Assembly (NCBI GenBank): GCA_903955385.1
Contig: CAJBNH010000118.1
Location: 36,045-100,044, forward strand
Length of the DNA: 64,000 nt
Origin: an uncultured Myxococcales bacterium
GTDB lineage: Bacteria; Myxococcota_A; UBA9042
Reading direction: 5' to 3'
Made by a program: the position numbers and the translations under genes. The notes under the pieces were generated by a model. The model searched no databases, was not told the DNA's origin, and saw nothing but the letters and a program-made list of their open reading frames with translations. This document shows, one piece after another, positions 60,210 to 64,000 of the stretch. The stretch's first letter is position 1. The number at the start of each line of letters is the position of its first letter.

Positions 60210-62021
60210 CTAGCGCAGGAAGCGCGAAGCCAGCCGCTCTTGGCTCGCCCGGAACGCCGCCGCCTGCGCCCGCAGGCACGCATCCAGCAGCTGCAGCACG
60301 TCACCGCGCAGGTCGCCGGCCTTGTCGCACGCCAGCGCCTCGCCGATGTGACGGAAGGCGGCTTCGTAGCGCCCGCGAGCCGCTTCCAGCGCCGCCGCAC
60401 CGTGATGCAGTCGCGCGCTGCGCGGATCTACGGCGAGACCCTGCGCGTAGGCCGCCCGTGCCTCTTCGGGACGACCCAGCGCCGCGTGGGCGTCGCCGTA
60501 TACCGACCACAGGTCCGCGCTGAATTCCGTATTGATCTGAAGGCCCTTGACCGAAATCGCCAAAGCCAGATCCGGCCGCCGCGCGTGCACCAAGGCCCGG
60601 CGGGCCGCGTCGGTCAGCACGTGCCAGTTGGTGGGCTCCAGCAGCACGGCCTGCCGATAGGCCTCCATCGCGGCGACCATGTCGGGCTCGGCGCGAGCGG
60701 CGGCGGCCAAGGCGCCGGCGCGATTCATGTCCTCGCCGTCAAACGCGGCCCGAAATTCCGCAGTCGTGGCCGGGAGATCAAACCGGGTGAACAGCCGCGA
60801 AGCCTGTTGGCGCATCCCGTCCTGAGGCGGGGCCACGCAACGGACACCCTGCCCCAGCGGCGACGCGAAAAACCCGTCCAGCTGGAAGAAGTTGACACCC
60901 GCGGCACCGGTCGGCCCGTACTTCTGGTGGACGCGGGGACTGCCCGCCTCTTCCGCCGTGGTCATGGCGACGTCGCGCACCAGCAGGAATCCTGCCTCGG
61001 CAGTCGCCGCCACCAGCGCACGGGTCGCCCCCATCGCACCGGCGGTATGGTTGACGACGGTGCCCTGAGCCAGCAGCGCGTGGTCGGGTCCCAGCGCGGC
61101 CTCGAGGGCGTCCGCGCACCGCTCGATCTCTTGCAGATCCGGGTGGTTCGTCAGGTCGATGGCCCAAGTCCGCAGCTCCAATTGCAGCAGGTCGTACAGG
61201 GGCGCGAGCTGTGCACAGGCCTGCGGCGAGCCGTCCTGGGCCAGCCGCTGGACGTCGTCGAGTCCCAGATCAGTGACCGCGTGGAGCAGCTCAGGATGCC
61301 GCAGCCAGGTGCGGACCAGCACCGCCTCCCAACGACCCCGGTCCTGACCCGCGGGCGCGCGGCGGAAGACGTCGTGCGCCAGCAGATCCAGCAGGTAGTT
61401 CGCCATGTAGACGTGAACGCGCCCACGCAGGTCCAGCTGCACGCCGGTGTCGATCTCGCCGAACAACCCGGGCCGATTCACATCCATGAAGCCCAGACGC
61501 ACATGACCGGCGTGGGGCGTAAACAGCCCACGATCCAAGGCCTTGCGCACCGTGGCCGCGCTGACATCGGTGCCCAGCGCGACCAGCCGCTGGTAGTAGT
61601 CGACGCCGGCCTCAGTGCAGAGATCGCGAAACGCGTCGAGCAGATAGCGCAGGTGCAAGCCGGTGCCGATGCCCAGCTCGACCAGCACGACCTCGTCCGG
61701 CAACGCTCCGGCGACCTGCTGCTCCCTACACCACGCAAACAGCACGCGCGCTGATCGCGCCGACACCGCCCCGCTGTCGTGGGCCAGATGCGGCACCCGG
61801 TGGTCGGCCAACAGGTCCGCGGCAAGCTGCGGCCACGCGGCAAGTCCGATGCGAACGTCCAACGACTGTCCCAGCGGCGTCCAATCCTGCAACAGCACGT
61901 CGGTCGTCGTCTCAGCGACAGGCGTGGTGGGCGCAGGCACGTCTGGGGCAGCCACAGGCGGCGGCACGGAACCCTTGGTCTTGCGAGAGGTTTTGGGCGG
62001 CGCGGGCGGACGGGTCGTCAT
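60210..62021 (-). CDS. Class I SAM-dependent methyltransferase (MidA/DUF185-like core) fused to C-terminal TPR repeats
   Basis: Motif I VVLVELGIGTG. TPR-like repeats at the C-terminus. Start trimmed to MTTRPPAPPK (ATG 62019-62021, GGAGG RBS); the ORF track extends to 62585. Confidence 0.55.
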   Translation of the reverse strand: MTTRPPAPPKTSRKTKGSVPPPVAAPDVPAPTTPVAETTTDVLLQDWTPLGQSLDVRIGLAAWPQLAADLLADHRVPHLAHDSGAVSARSARVLFAWCREQQVAGALPDEVVLVELGIGTGLHLRYLLDAFRDLCTEAGVDYYQRLVALGTDVSAATVRKALDRGLFTPHAGHVRLGFMDVNRPGLFGEIDTGVQLDLRGRVHVYMANYLLDLLAHDVFRRAPAGQDRGRWEAVLVRTWLRHPELLHAVTDLGLDDVQRLAQDGSPQACAQLAPLYDLLQLELRTWAIDLTNHPDLQEIERCADALEAALGPDHALLAQGTVVNHTAGAMGATRALVAATAEAGFLLVRDVAMTTAEEAGSPRVHQKYGPTGAAGVNFFQLDGFFASPLGQGVRCVAPPQDGMRQQASRLFTRFDLPATTAEFRAAFDGEDMNRAGALAAAARAEPDMVAAMEAYRQAVLLEPTNWHVLTDAARRALVHARRPDLALAISVKGLQINTEFSADLWSVYGDAHAALGRPEEARAAYAQGLAVDPRSARLHHGAAALEAARGRYEAAFRHIGEALACDKAGDLRGDVLQLLDACLRAQAAAFRASQERLASRFLR

Positions 62022-62159
62022 GGCGAAGCCTCCAGGCCGTCCACAGGGCGGAACACTCAGGACCCCGGACTGACCAGTGCCAGCGTTGTAGCAGGGTGTC
62101 CGCGGAAGCGAAACCGCCGCCTTGCGTACCAAGGCCATCGCAGGGATCATCTTCGACAC

Positions 62160-63350
62160 ATGACACACGAACGGGTCAGCTCTTCCCAGCTCTCCGTGGC
62201 CCGCCGCCACGCGCTGCACGTGGGCATGCGAGCGGGTCACCGCATCGGATTGCTGACCGACCCGTATCAGGCCTGGACGAGGTTGCAGGCGGACTTGCGG
62301 GCTGCGCGAACCACGATCGCCATCGAGCTGTACATGCTGATGCCGGACGAGGTCGGCAACGCTTTCGCCGATGAGCTGGCGCTGGCGTGCGGACGCGGCG
62401 TGTCGGTGCGGCTGATGCTCGACTCCTTGGGGTCGATGGACCTGACGGACGAGCTGCTGTTGCGGATGAACGAGGCTGGCGTCGAAACCCAGTTCTACGG
62501 GCCGCTGCACTTGTCGGAGCCGTGGAGCCGATGGGCGCGCCGCAACCACCGAAAAGTGTTCGTGATCGACGATCGCGTCGTGCACGTCACCGGCATGAAC
62601 GTCTCAGCCGACTACTTCGCGCTGAAGCCGGGAACGCCTTCGTGGGCCGATGTCGGCGTCCGTGTCGAAGGCCCGTTGGTCCTCGACGTCGCGGCCGAGC
62701 TTGCGCGCCACTGGCGGCAGGGCCGACGAAAATCCCGGGCCGACCGCAGGTCCGAGACCCTGCGCCTGCAGTCGGCCAAAGAGCCGCAGCACACCCGGAC
62801 GCTGGCCACCGTCGCCTTCAACCACGGCCGGATCCGCCAGGCCAACGTCAGCCGCCGCTACCTGCAGGCCGTCCGTGCCGCCCGCGAGTCGATTCTGCTG
62901 GCCCAGTCGTACTTTCTGCCAGAGCGGGCGCTGGAGCGCGCGCTGGTCAGGGCCGCCAAGGCCGGCCGCGACGTGCGGATCGTCTTGCCGGCGTTGTCGA
63001 CCAGCGACGTCAAGATCGTCGCCCTCGCTTCGACGCACGCGCTGGGTCGGTTGCTGCGGGCGGGAGTGCGGGTGTACTTCAGCGAACACCGCATGATTCA
63101 TGCGAAGTTCGGCGTCGTCGACGGCAAGTGGTGGACAGTCGGGTCGGCCAACCTGGACCCGCTGTCGCACCAGCGCAACCTCGAGGCCAACGTGGTCGGC
63201 ATCGGCGAGCAGCAGGCCCGCGTGCTGCGACGCTACTTCGACGAGCTGTGCCTGGATGCCCGGCTGCTGACGGCCGAGGCATGGCGCAAGCGTCCGTTGT
63301 GGCAGCGTTTTCTGGGGTGGCTGGTGCAGGTGCTGCGGCCGATTCTTTGA
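62160..63350 (+). CDS. Phospholipase D-family protein / cardiolipin synthase-like (two HKD motifs)
   Basis: HRKVFVIDDRVVHVTGMN and HAKFGVVDGKWWTVGSANLD. Confidence 0.8.
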   Translation: MTHERVSSSQLSVARRHALHVGMRAGHRIGLLTDPYQAWTRLQADLRAARTTIAIELYMLMPDEVGNAFADELALACGRGVSVRLMLDSLGSMDLTDELLLRMNEAGVETQFYGPLHLSEPWSRWARRNHRKVFVIDDRVVHVTGMNVSADYFALKPGTPSWADVGVRVEGPLVLDVAAELARHWRQGRRKSRADRRSETLRLQSAKEPQHTRTLATVAFNHGRIRQANVSRRYLQAVRAARESILLAQSYFLPERALERALVRAAKAGRDVRIVLPALSTSDVKIVALASTHALGRLLRAGVRVYFSEHRMIHAKFGVVDGKWWTVGSANLDPLSHQRNLEANVVGIGEQQARVLRRYFDELCLDARLLTAEAWRKRPLWQRFLGWLVQVLRPIL

Positions 63351-63392
63351 CCGGATCCGGCGCCCTTGGCGTCAGTCAGGAACCTCGGCGCG

Positions 63393-63612
63393 GTGACATC
63401 CTATCGATCGCTGGTTGTGGTCCATACAGATCAATACCTTACGTGGACCAGGGGCAGGCGGCCGGCCTGGCCGATCCACCCACCATTGAAAATGGTGGGC
63501 TATCAGTCGAGAAGCCCGCCTTCGCGGGCTACCTGGCCGCAGAGCCCACGAAGGTGGGCTTCCCATGTGATAGCCCGGGGTTTCTAACCCTGGGTGGCCC
63601 GGTCCGTGCGCG
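63393..63612. ncRNA. Candidate structured RNA or repeat element in a convergent intergenic gap (lower GC, multiple hairpins)
   Basis: Hairpins: tggtcca...tggacca; cccaccat-tgaaa-atggtggg; gcccgc-cttc-gcgggc; gcccac-gaag-gtgggc. The last two are enclosed by the 9-bp long-range stem gggctatca...tgatagccc. No family assigned. Confidence 0.3.
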
Positions 63613-63696
63613 TCGGGTAATGGGGTGGATCGCGACCGATGAGCGCTTCGATAGGCTCGTTATCGAAAGGATTCTCGCTCGCAGCCGAGGTTCCTC

Positions 63697-64000
63697 TCAG
63701 TACGCGATCGTGATCTCGGCCGACTGACCGCCGGCCGTGGCCTGCAGGGTCACGGCTTGACCGTTCGACAGCTCGAAGTACTGGAACTCGCTGGGCGTGG
63801 TGGTGCCCAACTGCGCCGTGCCGGCCGTGACCGTCCACGTCGCCGGCACGCCGTAGATCCGCAGACCTTGCGCGGTGGTCGCGACAATCCGCACAAAGTA
63901 CAAGCGCTTGCCGGCCTGGACATCGGGGGCGCCCTGAGCCGTATCGCTGCCGGGCGTGCCCTCGGCCTGGATCTGCACTTGCGTCTTGCCGATCTCGAGC
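63697..64000 (-). CDS. 3' end of a gene for a secreted beta-rich protein (continues beyond the window)
   Basis: The ORF runs off the window edge. C-terminal sequence ...GQAVTLQATAGGQSAEITIAY is beta-strand-like. Confidence 0.4.
   Translation of the reverse strand, partial: LEIGKTQVQIQAEGTPGSDTAQGAPDVQAGKRLYFVRIVATTAQGLRIYGVPATWTVTAGTAQLGTTTPSEFQYFELSNGQAVTLQATAGGQSAEITIAY

Noticed and set aside
63393-63612. tRNA, tmRNA, RNase P RNA, SRP RNA or 6S RNA
   Set aside because: No cloverleaf with a CCA end or tag-peptide ORF, no RNase P P4 consensus (GGAAAGUCCGG), no SRP domain IV motif, and no single long bubble-containing helix. It is left as an unclassified structured element.

Overview
This 64 kb window is very GC-rich (about 68-70% by eye) and densely coding on both strands. 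The whole region has the spurious antisense ORFs typical of high-GC DNA. The content looks like a chromosomal segment of a Myxococcota-type bacterium. Three things point that way: a MYXO-CTERM-like sorting tail on a cysteine-repeat secreted protein, an IF3 (infC) with a Gly/Pro-rich C-terminal extension like M. xanthus Dsg, and a type-B sdhCAB operon.

Most genes are housekeeping. They include the argS 3' end, tex, a DEAD-box helicase, a ychF-like ATPase, mdh-sdhCAB, tRNA-Val, infC-rpmI-rplT-ihfA, add-tatD, tkt, trmH, a MATE efflux pump and an Mla-like ATPase with an MCE protein.

No CRISPR array, transposase, integrase or rRNA was seen.

I judged five regions worth a second look:
1. A translationally coupled peptidase-U32 / AroQ chorismate mutase / YchF-like cluster. 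This fits a prephenate-dependent RNA hydroxylation module.
2. A BrxR/CapW-type WYL regulator with an operator-like palindrome array. It sits at the end of a five-gene operon: a large membrane protein, a DUF4350-like protein, MoxR, a DUF58 protein and the WYL regulator.
3. A two-gene MukE-like plus MukB/SMC-like (AAA_29-type) ATPase pair with no kleisin or nuclease partner, wedged between ihfA-MerR and tatD.
4. An unusually long (about 310 nt) spacer between rpmI and rplT.
5. A lower-GC, multi-hairpin element in the convergent gap at about 63.36-63.70 kb.

Coordinates of trimmed starts are from ORF-frame arithmetic and a manual search for start codons and ribosome-binding sites; they may be off by a few codons.
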